A stretch of DNA of 64,000 nucleotides, taken from Podarcis erhardii. Lineage: Eukaryota. The notes under the pieces are model-generated. The model had not been told where the DNA came from. It searched no databases and worked only from the letters and a program-made list of their open reading frames with translations. Below are positions 11,918 to 23,575 of this stretch, one piece after another; position 1 is the stretch's first letter, and each line of letters starts with the position of its first letter. The stretch is taken from assembly GCA_964252035.1 (NCBI GenBank), contig OZ176210.1; one strand, written 5' to 3'. The position numbers were made by a program, and so were the translations under genes.

Positions 11918-12050
11918 NNNNNNNNNNNNNNNNNNNNNNNNNNNNNNNNNNNNNNNNNNNNNNNNNNNNNNNNNNNNNNNNNNNNNNNNNNNNNNNNNNN
12001 NNNNNNNNNNNNNNNNNNNNNNNNNNNNNNNNNNNNNNNNNNNNNNNNNN
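11918..12050. other. Assembly gap (133 N)
   Basis: Run of n. Confidence 0.99.
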
Positions 12051-12058
12051 CTTCCTGG

Positions 12059-12214
12059 GAACCATAGAATCATATAATTGTAGAGTTGGAAGGGACCGTG
12101 AGTGTCTTCTAGTCCAACCCCATGCAATGCAGAAATCATTTTTGCCCAACATGGAACTTGAACCCAAACCCCTGAGATTAGGAGTCTCATACTCTAATGA
12201 CTGAGCTATGCCAG
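12059..12214 (-). mobile_element. Short tRNA-Lys-derived SINE (same family as 52006)
   Basis: Reverse complement of head and CR1-like tail (ggtcccttccaactctacaattatatgattctatg). Confidence 0.7.
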
Positions 12215-12649
12215 GCCTAGTGGAAAAAAGTACTTTGCAGCTGAACTGTTCCATTTAAACCATGAATCTAGCTTTCCTTCTCAGGCGAATGTTATATTAC
12301 TGCTGGAAAATTCAATGTTTTTTAAGTTCAGTGTTTAAGACACGGTTATCCAACGTCATGCCTTCCACTAGAATTACAACTTTCATCACCCCCAACCATT
12401 GGCTGCTGGGAGTTCTGGCCCAACAATATCTGTAGGGTGTCAGGTGTGCTATCTTTGGACAATAGTAGAGGCTTCAGGCCCAGGCGCCAAATGCCCACCA
12501 GATCTCTCTATATGGCCCTCGAGTCTCTCCCTCTCTTCCCAGGACTGGCTCATTTACCAGCCCTACTCAATTTGCCTAGTTAGAATGTGTCCTTAAACTG
12601 TGATTAAGCCTGTTGTGTGCCATGATGGAGAGTTGCATGCATGTATGTG

Positions 12650-13011
12650 CATGGCCTCGGTCCAGTATATCTGAAGGAGCGTCTCCATCCTCATCATTCT
12701 GCCCGGACACAGGTCCAGTGCCGAGGGCCTTCTGGTGGTTCCCTCACTGCAAGAAGCCAAGTTACAGGGAACCAGGCAGAGGGCCTTCTCAGTAGTGGCG
12801 CCCGCCCTGTGGAACACCCTCCCACCAGATGTCAAAGAGAACAACAACTACCAGACTTTTAGAAGACATCTGAAGGTAGCCCTGTTTAGGGAAGCTTTTA
12901 ATGTTTGATGCATTACTGTATTTTAATATTTTGTTGGAAGCCGCCCAGAGTGGCTGGGGAAGCCCAGCCAGATGGGCGGGGTATAAATAATAAATTATTA
13001 TTATTATTATT
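12650..13011 (+). mobile_element. LINE (L2-type) 3' fragment with (AAT)/(ATT) tail
   Basis: Near-identical to 47344-47688; ends gggcggggtataaataataaattattatt. Confidence 0.75.
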
Positions 13012-13318
13012 AAAAAAATAGCTGGAATGTATTCTGCATAGCTGGAATGTATTATACTGCACAAAGGGAAGAGTCACACTCATTGCTGCACCCATATTTG
13101 CCTCTGGCTCCACCCTGTGACCCCTGGAAATGGGGCCCTCAGGATGAAGAATGTTCCCCACCACTGGCCCAGGCTATTAATATGCTAATATACCCACAAC
13201 TCCCTCAAACTCTTAAATAGCGGAGGCAAATATCACCTCAGGTACCAGCATGGCTAATGACAAATGACTTTCTTCATGCCCATTTTGCTAAATGGATCAA
13301 ACCCTCACAAACGGTTAC

Positions 13319-13420
13319 CGGAAAAATCGGCGCCACAGGTACTTTACTGTGAGGCGAAAGGTGATCCGTTTTTCAGAGAGATTCAACATGTTCAAAAAGG
13401 ACTGGCAGCTCAAAAAGCCA
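13319..13420 (-). CDS. OACYL: OACYL exon 8 (102 nt; SGFLSCQSF...YLWRRFF)
   Basis: ctcctcag|T acceptor, CG|GTAACC donor. Confidence 0.92.
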
Positions 13421-13678
13421 CTGAGGAGAAAAAGAACTGAGGTTTAATTGCCTGTTCTAAAATGCCTGTCCTTCAGTTTCCTTTCCAAACAGAGGTATTC
13501 AAAGTGACAAACAAAAACAAGCCCCCCCCCAAATTAAAAATAAACTCAAATGCAATAATACAGGAAAACACACAGTGTTACAATGCTGTAATACCCAAAA
13601 CTAAATAGCCAGAATGAAGAAAATGAAGTAGACATCACAATGTAATAAGCAACTGACTCAAAATCCTGTTGAAAAATA

Positions 13679-14473
13679 CCGTATTTTTCGCTCTATAACA
13701 TGCACCCGACCATAACACGCACATAGTTTTTAGAGGAAGAAAACAAGAAAAAAAATATACTAAACGAAACAGTGGATGTATGATTTTTGTGGTTCATGCT
13801 GTGGCCACAGACATGTGATCTGGCAGTGAGTTTGGAGTAGCCCAATGCAAAAATCCTGAGGATCCATGTGGATCCATGCTTTGTAACCACGTTTTTGCAC
13901 CACTGCAGCCCCAGGCAACAGTGGGTGCGTGATTTTTTTGGTGCAAGATGTAGCCATGGACATGCTATGTGATCTGATGGTGAATTTGGGGTGACCCAGT
14001 GCAAAAATCCTGAGGATCCATGTAGATCCGTGCTTTGTAATCATGTTTTAAGTTGGAAAGGAAGGAAAAGCACTCAAGGGACAAGGAAGACACGTGGGGT
14101 GTGTGGAGAAGGATGCTGCTAATAATGCAGGAGAGGGGTTTAAGGGGAGAAGAAGCACGTGTGGGGTGGGTGGAGAAGGATGCTGCTAATAGTGAAGAAG
14201 AGGGGTATAAGGGGAGAAGGCTCCCCTCCCGCTTTGCTCCTTTAAAGAAGCAGGCTCTCTGTCCCTCTCTCCTCCCCTCTCCGCAGCTCTTCTCCCTCTT
14301 TGCTGTTTCAAAGCGAGCCACGGAGGAGGGAAGGAAGGGGAACCATGGATCCTCTGCTCACAACTGCAGCAGATCCCCTCCGCCACCTGCAGGCATTCGC
14401 TCCATAACACGCACAGACATTTCCCCTTACTTTCTAGGAGGAAAAAAGTGAGTGTTATGGTGCAAAAAATACG
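13679..14473. mobile_element. TcMar-Tc2 (Kanga-like) non-autonomous element, 795 bp
   Basis: TA|ccgtatttttcgctctataa ... ttatggtgcaaaaaatacg; internal duplications. Confidence 0.78.
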
Positions 14474-15041
14474 TATATGTCCTCAGACATCATGAAACAG
14501 ACAAGGAGGGGGCGCAGTTTGTGTGATCACAGTAGTTGGTGGTGAAGGTGCCAGTTCAAACAACCAGGGATCCCACGCAATCCTGGCTGTATGAGCTCAC
14601 CAGCAGTCCCATGTGATCCCTATGGCAAGGGATCCCATAGAGGCAAGGTGTGAACCCATGGGGCAATTTGAGGCAGTTGCCTCAGGGCAGCAGGCTCTGG
14701 ATAGATGGGTAGCAGATCTGGCCTCCCTCCATGGAGTCTGCCCTGGGCTTGTTGGCCTCTGTTGCCGCCATGCGCCTTCTCCCCCAGGGGCAGGGCGGGT
14801 CAAGTAGGTGAGCAGCAGAGGCAGGCAGCATGGACTACCAGCAGGATCTATTGTCCTACAGATCCTGCATGAATAAAACACCTGTTGTTGTCCAATGCTT
14901 CTTCAAATAATTACCAGGGAATAATTCTCATGTTCCATCTTTATAGACTTGCAAGGTTCACTACCATGAGATGTTAGATGGTTATTTTTTTATTTAAAAA
15001 TAATAATAGAGGGAGAAAAATGTCTAATAACATCTGACTTA

Positions 15042-15407
15042 AAGGTAAAGGTAAAGGTACCCCTGACCGTTAGGTCCAGTTGCGGACGACTCTGGGGTTG
15101 CGGCGCTCATCTCACTTTACTGGTCGAGAGAGCCAGCGTTTCTCTGCAGACAGCTTCCAGGTCATGTGGCCAGCATGACTAAGCCACTTCTGGCAAACCA
15201 GAGCAGCGCACGGAAACACCGTTTACCTTCCCGCCAGAGTGGTACCTATTTATCTACTTGCACTTGACATGCATTCCAACTGCTTGGTGGGCAGGAGCTG
15301 GGACCGAACAACGGGAGGTCACCCTGTTGTGAGGATTCGAACTGCTGACTTTCTGATCGGCAAGCCCTAGGCTCTGTGGTTTAGACCACAGCGCCACCCG
15401 CATCCCC
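15042..15407 (-). mobile_element. Full-length Sauria SINE with 14-bp TSD
   Basis: TSD taacatctgactta at 15028-15041 and 15408-15421. Confidence 0.93.
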
Positions 15408-15422
15408 TAACATCTGACTTAC

Positions 15423-15525
15423 CTGATGAGAAAAAATGTGTCAACGCCTAAATAAAATGGTCCACTTAGAGATAATACGTAAACAGGGCTTTTAAGCACT
15501 TTAGCTTCCCATTCCAACTCATTAT
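15423..15525 (-). CDS. OACYL: OACYL exon 7 (103 nt; DNELEWE...[13 protein letters not shown])
   Basis: Family motif VDTFFLISG; accacag|AT acceptor, AG|GTAAGT donor. Confidence 0.93.
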
Positions 15526-16987
15526 CTGTGGTAACATATAAGGGAGAGAGGGAGAGAGAGAGAGAGAGAGGGAGAGAAACAGTCAGGAGATATTTGGAAA
15601 TCTACTTAACTCAAGCATATCTCTGCAAACGAAGAGAAACATGGAACAAATCAGGTCCAATTGTGTCTATGTTTTTTTTAAAAAATAAGTTCCCTTCCTC
15701 TCACTTAATACCTTTCCAAAGCAGTTTACAAATATTAGGAGTTCAAATAATGAGTCTTTGAATGTTCAGGCTATGGCATTCATACTTTATGTTAGGCTAG
15801 ACTTTGCAAATACAGTGCCCTACTGACGTTTTCATGTCTCTTCGAAGCTTACAGGAACTATTTGTTAGACAGAGGATGTTTTGAAATGTTAGAACTGCTG
15901 CTCCTCTCCAGCTAAAAGGGATGAGTGTGTGTGCCTGTCTTGAAGATTGAAATATTGTATTGAAATTGGGGCAACCCAGAAAACAATCACACAACCTCCT
16001 GTGCCCATTCAAAGGCGAGGAAGAAATGAAACAAAACACACTGTAGTGTGATTGTCCTCCTTGAAGACTGAGGTGCTGGAATGAAAATTGGCATGCGTCT
16101 GGTGTCACTAGATGGAACTAGATTTAGTTATATCTGGGACACTGAGTCAGCAGTGTCCTATTGTTGGTTTGTTCTTGTTCAAGATAGACAATGAAGTTCT
16201 TGTCACTGTGTCCTTAATCCTTCTTTTACAGAATGTATGTTCAGGAAACCCTTCAAAATTTTATTGATTTACAACATTTATATCTCACATTTCCAAAATG
16301 TCCAAGGCAGCCAAGAAAGACAAAGAAACACACTATATCTCAGAGGTGAGGAGACCTCACGGGCTTCTAGATATTGTTGTACTCCAGTTCCCATCAGTCA
16401 TGGCTAACAGCTTCAGTGGATGGGAATTATGGGAGTTGGAGTTCAGCAACATTTGGAGAGCCACAGGTTTCCTGCCTCTGAAATTACACACACACAAGGG
16501 AAGGAGAGAAACACACAGAGAGAAATAGAGGAAAGCTGTGAAATCCTATCAACCAAAGTTCAAAAGCAAACAGGTCTTCCACAGTGTGGAGGAAGAACAT
16601 CAGATTCTTCTCTCTGAAGCAGAGAATCACAAAGTTTTGGTCTGGTTACTGAAAAGGTCCTTTCCAGTTCAAACAGCAGCTCAGCCTCCCTATAATCATT
16701 CTTAAAGGACCCAGGAAAGATGTGAAATGCACTGAATGAGATATATCAAGTGAGGATTCTCATTGTTCTTTACAACTCTCTATTGAACAAATCTCATTGC
16801 CTCTACATAACTGATCGCCCTGTCAAAAAAAAGAAAAAAAAACCAAGCCAGGGCTGTTTAGCAGCAAGTCACAGCCCATGAACTGCAATCCCGGGTGTCA
16901 AATATGGAATAAAATAGCAGTTGAAATGAGTAGTGAGTTCATTTAGAGAACACTGTGTATATCTGCCTTTGTAGCTTCAGCTCCTAC

Positions 16988-17158
16988 CTAAATTCTGCCA
17001 CGCTGTCATTTGACTTGTATGCCCAGAAATTACCCACAAGAGACTCAGCGCTCTGATACCATTTAGAGCCAAGGAGACTTCTTTATAGGGTTTCATCAGC
17101 CAAATGGCTGGGAGATGGTTTTGCAAGGAAAAACACTTCAGAACGCAGTCCAAGGTAC
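16988..17158 (-). CDS. OACYL: OACYL exon 6 (171 nt; ...KCFS...[19 protein letters not shown])
   Basis: Acyl_transf_3 signature LNGIR.LS..WVI.GH; ttcttag|GT acceptor, G|GTAGGA donor. Confidence 0.93.
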
Positions 17159-17893
17159 CTAAGAATATTAAAGCAGCAGAAATCAATTCATTATACCATG
17201 TAGATTATACATGTTCTGCCATGTAGAGTGAAGAAATAGCCCTTTTTTGAAAGCATGTGTGCACTTAACTCCGTGGGGCTTACTTCTGAGTAGACATGCA
17301 TGGGATCGCATTTTAAGACTGGCAGATGATGGGGGATAATTAATGGACAAACAGCTTCCCAAACAAACAACAGTGCTTTTCTTCCAATTTCATAGGCTGC
17401 ACTTGGAGTCCCATTCATCTGCAAAGGGGAAGCCTGTGCAAAGATTTTTGCTAGCCCCACAGGACTTCCCTCTTCTCTGCTCCGGAGGGTTGGGGGGAGA
17501 AACTCAGAACAGATTTGGGGGGGGGTGCGAGCGGAGGAGAGATGGAGATGGTTCCTTGGTGCTACACAGAATACAATTCAATACCTTTCAAAATTTGTTT
17601 TGTGTAGATTGCCACAGAGAAACCTGAAATGGAATTTTTAATCCTCCTAAAATTATCCTGAACCTGAACCCAAATGAACCCTGTGGGAGTTGAAGATTTC
17701 AGGGCTGGCTTCGTCCCGCCTCCTTGCCCTCGATTCCCTCTGTTGCCTTTCCTACTATCTCAAAATAGATTGTAAACACCTCGGGACGGAGACCTGCCGT
17801 CCCCACGCCCCGCACTCTGTGATGCTTCCTGCTCACAGTAGGTGCCATAAAAATAATTACCAACATCACCATTAATAATAATGCAATGCCTAC

Positions 17894-18120
17894 TTTGCTT
17901 TGAACCATCAAATGCGGCCAACGCTGCTGATACAGGTTCATGACTATGTTTCCTCTCTGCTTTTGATTCGCTTGCATCTCTTGCAACGAAAGATGTGCTT
18001 CCGTAATTTGCGGGAGGCAAACCGTCCGATGGCAATTCATTGCGCTTAGCCTTCTCCCATACATCAGCGGTGTAAATGGTTCCAATGATTGGCAAGATGA
18101 TGAAGGAAACGCTAACGAAC
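17894..18120 (-). CDS. OACYL: OACYL exon 5 (227 nt; TM helix FVSVSFIILPIIGTIY plus cytoplasmic linker)
   Basis: cttccag|G acceptor after a 110-nt intron. The donor A|GTAGGC at 17893 is inferred from phase because the linker is poorly conserved. Confidence 0.8.
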
Positions 18121-18230
18121 CTGGAAGGGAAATAGAAGTTCATTACTGCAGAGTGATTCTTGCTCCTGAGAGGCACGGTCTTCAGGGTCAGTTTCACGGC
18201 TGGGCTGAGACGTCCGCGGTCAGTACTTAC

Positions 18231-18369
18231 AAACAAACCGCTACAAACACATCAATAGGGAAAAGGTTCTTAGCGCATCTGGCCACAGTCGGGAACGAGG
18301 CCGTTGAATTCACAGCGAACAGAGACGGAAAAGGCAATAGGAAAGAGATGGTCTTGAATTTAAATACAC
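18231..18369 (-). CDS. OACYL: OACYL exon 4 (139 nt; GVFKFKTISF...VAVC)
   Basis: ttgacag|GT acceptor, TT|GTAAGT donor; phase fits both neighbours. Confidence 0.9.
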
Positions 18370-18974
18370 CTGTCAAAGGAAGAATAAGTTAATAATTTCA
18401 CGGTCAGGACAATGGAGCCTTTTGTGATCACAATTTTTACCAGCTTGTTCAAGGGAGTAAATGGAAACATTTGCTCTTTTAAGTCCCAGAAAGTGTTTCT
18501 ATTCGGCACAAAGGTTTTAATGCACATTTTCCAAAAAATTATAAACTTCTAGTGGCCTTAGGAAATGAATCTCTCACATGAATTCCCTTGGTTGTTTCAC
18601 CGTCCTTGCAGAAATATGGAAGAAAAGGAGTTGGTATAAGCCCATGAGAGGTCAGTTTAAGGGCCAAATTGCAGGTGACCAACAGTGACCTAGGTCTTAG
18701 AACCTGAGGTCTGCTAAATGCTGTTGGACCCCAGTCAGCATGGCCAAGGGTCAGGGACGATGGGATATGGAGTTCTTCAGCCATTGGAGGGTGACAGGAT
18801 GGGGAAGGCTAGCATACAGTGCAATCAGAAAAATGAAAGTATCCATTCTCCCTTTCAAAAGTACTTATAATGTTGTTTTCCCTGTTCTTTGTAAAGAACA
18901 AAGAGGCCAATGAAAAATGAGAAGGAATAAAAATAGGAGTAACGACTTAAGCACATTGCAGGATTCCCCAAAAA

Positions 18975-19587
18975 TAGACCAGAGGCAATTGTATTTCATC
19001 CAGCAGAGCCTTGCTGCTTTTTAATGGGGGGACGCAGGGGTACTCGTACCCCTAAACATTTTGTGAATCTAAGTTTGGCCTCATTTTGGGGCAGTATTTC
19101 AATATGCGTAGGAAAATGAGAGTACCCTTAAACATTTTTTTAAGGAAAAAAGCACTGCTGCTACTGAAGGGAAATGAACATAATGGTCACAAATCCAATA
19201 AATTCAGGATTGGCACTGTTCATAAGAAATCCAGTTGCAGCTTATCTTAGACTTACCTTAAACTTACAAGAACTTATAATAAGACTAAACTTTAACATTA
19301 AGCATACAGAACGCCACACCAGAAGAAAGAGATAGAAAGAGAAAGTAAACCCAGGCTCTTTCTGGACTATTAATATAGTCGGCATGACCCTGACAGAAGA
19401 GATAATAGAACCAGTTTAAACCACCTGTACTCGGCTTCTCTGAAGGAATAACCCAAACACCAGAAACCGTCCGCTTGTTTCTTTCACATAGAAATAAACC
19501 TTCCAGAACCCACTTGAACTAAGCAGAACAGGAAAGATCTCTACACATCTGATCAATACTTTCTGTACTAAGAAATGCAAACTGACA
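18975..19587 (-). mobile_element. Solo LTR, family A copy 2, interrupted by a hAT-like fragment (~19019-19157)
   Basis: Collinear with 6721-7175; the terminal bases at the left end are lost. Confidence 0.68.
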
Positions 19588-20165
19588 GTTATCTGTGGAA
19601 ATGGGGTGTTATTTATTTTAGATAGTAAGCACGGGAGCTTTGAAGGAGAGCAAAAGTAGATCAGTCTAGGTACACACTCTAGCCTGTTTGTAATGTCATG
19701 TTAAACCACAAACAAGGTTTGACTATGGTTTATGAACATCATGCTGGTGCACGAAGTCTGCACTATTCTGCTTCGGGTTGCGCTAGGAGCCACTAACCAT
19801 AACCCATGGCTTGCCATGTCATCTGAATGCAGACCCGTGGTTTGTTTCTCTCCAAACTTATATGTTTAATTACCAGGTGCATGTACTGACATTAATGTGT
19901 CTGTGGTGTGAATGGATGGTGGCTCATGGTTACTATTAGTATTCTCCATATATTATTTCCTTTTCTTTATTTTCTTTAATAATTCCCCCCTTTGTTTTCT
20001 TTGTTTAATCTGCAAATAATAAAACTCATGTTAAAAAGCATGAGTGACGGTTTACACACGGTGTGTGAACTCAAGACATGTTTCATAAATCCACACACAT
20101 TGGATCTTCAGTTTCACCTACAAGATGTTATACAACAACAAGCAACAAAATCACAGTCAATTTAC

Positions 20166-20244
20166 CTAGCATGGCCAGTGCCGTAATTTCTTCTTCCTGG
20201 CAGGAACTGGGGGCACATAATCCATTGTAGTAATCAATTCCGTC
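20166..20244 (-). CDS. OACYL: OACYL exon 3 (79 nt; DGIDYYNGLCAPSSCQEEEITALAML)
   Basis: tcttag|GAC acceptor, G|GTAAAT donor; NRF-domain G.C.P.SC motif. Confidence 0.92.
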
Positions 20245-21398
20245 CTAAGAAGTAGAATGCTTTTCAGTTCTCTTGTTGCAATAGGTTTAAGAGAAAATAG
20301 AGATACTGGCAAAAGTAGACAAATAGAGTAGATACCCAAGATGCACTGATTTCAAGGGCATTCTGGCAAAACTTGAAAAATACTGAGATTCTGCACATCA
20401 GTGGGATAAGAAGATTCACCAGAGGCCAGGCGGTCATGCAGCCGAGGACAGTTACAGATCTGCTCTGGGGTTTAAAAGTACAGCCCAAGACATTTTGCTG
20501 CCTGTGGTGCAATAAGAAATGGTCCCCTTGCCCACTCCCTGCCAGTAAAAATGCAACCCCAGTATATTAAAAAAACTAACAATTCGCTGCTCTTCCCTGA
20601 CACTCAAAATGAGCTGTCTGAGGGGCTGAAGTCAAAGTAGGAAAGCCTGCTAAAAATCCTTCTTTCTGTATAATTATTAAAAGTTACAGGACTTGCCAGT
20701 TAGGTATTAATTCCATTTGTATCCTGAGCTTTTTATCCTCAGAATAAACCTGTAGCCTAGAAGGCAGTGCTTTGCTCACGTATGCGTGGGCATTTGAGAC
20801 CAGGTATTTAAGATTTTAATTTATCAGAGCTCTAACAAACAGCAGAGATAATTCTTTTTTGTGTGTTTTGTTTTTAAGGGGGGGGGGGGATCTACTGTCT
20901 TGTACAAGAGCCTACAATCCAGCCCCTCGCTGAAATTTTAAAGAGCACCGTTTCAGATTCTAGAATAATTGTGCATTTGGAGCTTAAAGTAAGTTAGCTT
21001 AAGATCAAAGAAGGAAAGTTGGCTGTCCCCTCTTCCCCCCAACATCCACATGTGCCCTGTGGCTATCAATGACTACCGTTAACTTCCTTAATTTATTTTA
21101 GGATTCCTGCCTAATTTTGGATTATAATTATACCCTCTCCCCTAGAAGTCCCCCTATTTCATTCCACATTCATTCCAGAGCAGTTTTTAAGGAATACAGG
21201 GTGCGGAGAGGAGGAGACAGGACATTTCCCACCTATGAAATTCCTTAAGGTAACTTATCCTCACTTTAGAATATTACCTCTGTCTTCACCAATTTTACCT
21301 CTGTCTTCACATGGAGTCTCTCTCTTTTTTTGCTGAAGAACCTTTGGGAGTTGCCCTTCCAACACAGTCATTCAGCCAACCCAAAGTAGGTCACACAC

Positions 21399-21538
21399 CT
21401 GCTGTACTTGGAGTTTGCAGTACTGCCCTCGGAATCTTCCGGAAGGTGCCTCAGCAGAAATGCATTCAGTGTAAGATCCCAGTCTGTCCACATTCCCACC
21501 AAGGACATTGCTGCCAGGTTTCCCAACAGAATCGTACA
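21399..21538 (-). CDS. OACYL: OACYL exon 2 (140 nt; NRF domain, [26 protein letters not shown]...YCKLQVQQ)
   Basis: ttcacag|TG acceptor completes A|TG; CAG|GTGTGT donor; NRF-6 N-terminal motif. Confidence 0.93.
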
Positions 21539-21707
21539 CTGTGAAATCAAAGCAAGGATGCTGGGCAACACATGGTCCACCCATAAACTGACCAAAGGAA
21601 GGATGCAATGAAAGGAAGGGGACCAGAGGCATTTTGGGGGAAATGAGAGGATTCAGCTGCCTGCACCCACCGCTACTCTGCCAAATGCTTTGGTTGGAAT
21701 GGTCCTA

Positions 21708-22054
21708 GGTAAAGGTAAAGGGACCCCTGACCATTAGGTCCAGCCGTGGCTGACTCTGGGGTTGCGGCGCTCATCTCGCTTTACTGGCTGAGGGAGCCGG
21801 TGTACAGCTTCCGGGTCATGTGGCCAGCATGACTAAGCCGCTTCTGGAGAACCAGAGCAGCACACAGAAACGCCGTGTACCTTCCCGCCGGAGCGGTACC
21901 TATTTATCTACTTGCACTTTGACGTGCTTTCGGACTGCTTGGTTGGCAGGAGCAGGGACCGAGCAATGGGAGCTCACCCCGTTGCGGGGATTCGAACCGC
22001 CAACCTTCTGATCGGCAAGTCCCAGGCTCTATGGTTTAACCCACAGTGCCACCC
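21708..22054 (-). mobile_element. Sauria SINE with 7-bp TSD
   Basis: ggtccta at 21701-21707 and 22055-22061. Confidence 0.9.
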
Positions 22055-22220
22055 GGTCCTACTTTTTACTAATTTGGTTATTTATACTTGATACCCTAGG
22101 ACATGGTAGTTAAGGATGGGTTCCCCAAAGCTGGCATTAGCCTGGGGATGTAGCAAAGGGTCCTGATCTCTTACATCTGCCTTAGAGAAGAAGTTATGCC
22201 TCTCCCTGAATACACAGAGA

Positions 22221-22565
22221 GATGGACAGAACTCGATAAGACTGACTGGAAGGATCGACGAGATCAGGATTTATAGAAGATTGGGAAAAGTTTACAGAAT
22301 ATATGCATAAATTAAGTGATAATCAAATAACGTTTGTAAGTTTTAATGAAGCTCTGTAAGAAGAAACGTTAGAATATGAGTAAAACTAAGAATTAATTTA
22401 TAAAAATAATTGAAGAAAGGCTTTAGAAATGTGTAAGAAATTAAGAAGGGAAGGAGTATCAGGCAAGTTGAGGGAAGTCAAAAAGAGAATGGATATAAAA
22501 AAGATGTATGATTTGTATAAATTTTGTATTGGAAAAATTGAATAAAAATAATCTATTAAAAAAAA
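22221..22565 (+). mobile_element. 5'-truncated L1-like 3' fragment with 14-bp TSD
   Basis: tgaatacacagaga at 22207-22220 and 22566-22579; A-rich; degenerate ORF2 C-terminus (EDWEKFTEYM); A tail. Confidence 0.75.
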
Positions 22566-22619
22566 TGAATACACAGAGAAATGGAGACAACCAGTGATAT
22601 TCAGCCTAGTTAATAGTTG

Positions 22620-23136
22620 TGTAGGAAAATGCATCACCTGGGTGATTATTCTTACCCAACTGCAATGAAAAAGTAACGCCAGTAAAATTCTTCCATCCGG
22701 CAAAGAGATGGAGAATTCTGGTGGTCATTAAGACCATGATGGCCACACACACCCCAACTTCCAAAAGGTGTCGGTCTACCTAAAATGACATTATTGGTGA
22801 CTGGCAGGACACAGTCTGTTGTCAGACAAGTCCCACCTGGGTCCAAACCCCTTAAAAATGGACTGCGGCCAAATGGTCCCTGTCCCACAAATCCCATCCA
22901 ACGACTGCTACACGTGAGTAGACCAGAAGCCTGTTTGTAAGCAGGTGTATTGGGATAGACTTAAACTGAAAGGTTCCTTGAAGCAACATTCTGCCTCTTC
23001 TGCTTGTCTTCGTCCTTACTTTTTTATTAATAATAAACTTCATAAAATTTGGCTGGTGCGGTCTTGAGCGCATTTTTGCCAGAGCCTCAGGGTTAGTCTA
23101 ACCCCGCATGCACCTAGCCCATCGGTCCAGGCTACA
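22620..23136 (+). mobile_element. Probable solo LTR (517 bp) in OACYL intron 1
   Basis: TGTAG...CTACA inverted termini, AATAAA at 23032-23037; no TSD found. Confidence 0.5.
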
Positions 23137-23575
23137 TTTTTGTATGAGAGGGAGTTGGTTTCTGGGGAGTGACGGATGAGCCGGATGCTATATCTGTTTC
23201 CCTTTTAAGAATTTGCCTTGGATCCCAGAAAGCATTCCTGCCTGGGCGAAAGGGTTGCTAAGAGGGGTGAGATGGTAACTTGTGGAATTCAGCTGAAAGA
23301 TTTGGGGGGGGGGGCAAAACAAAAATTAGTTGGTTTTGCCTGTCATTGGCTCTGGCTGCACCTACTATTGGTCTTCCTGCTGTTCACTCTAACCTTTCCA
23401 ATGGACAACAACGACCACAGCTAATATCCCGACTGCCGCTTTAATTATATGTATTTGAAATACTTTTTTAAGCCACATCAAGAATCCCAGTTAGCAGGTG
23501 TGGAGATACATATTTCAAATAAATTAACAGGCCAAGAAAACTCAAGCAAGCACACTTTTAAAATATTCTACTTAC

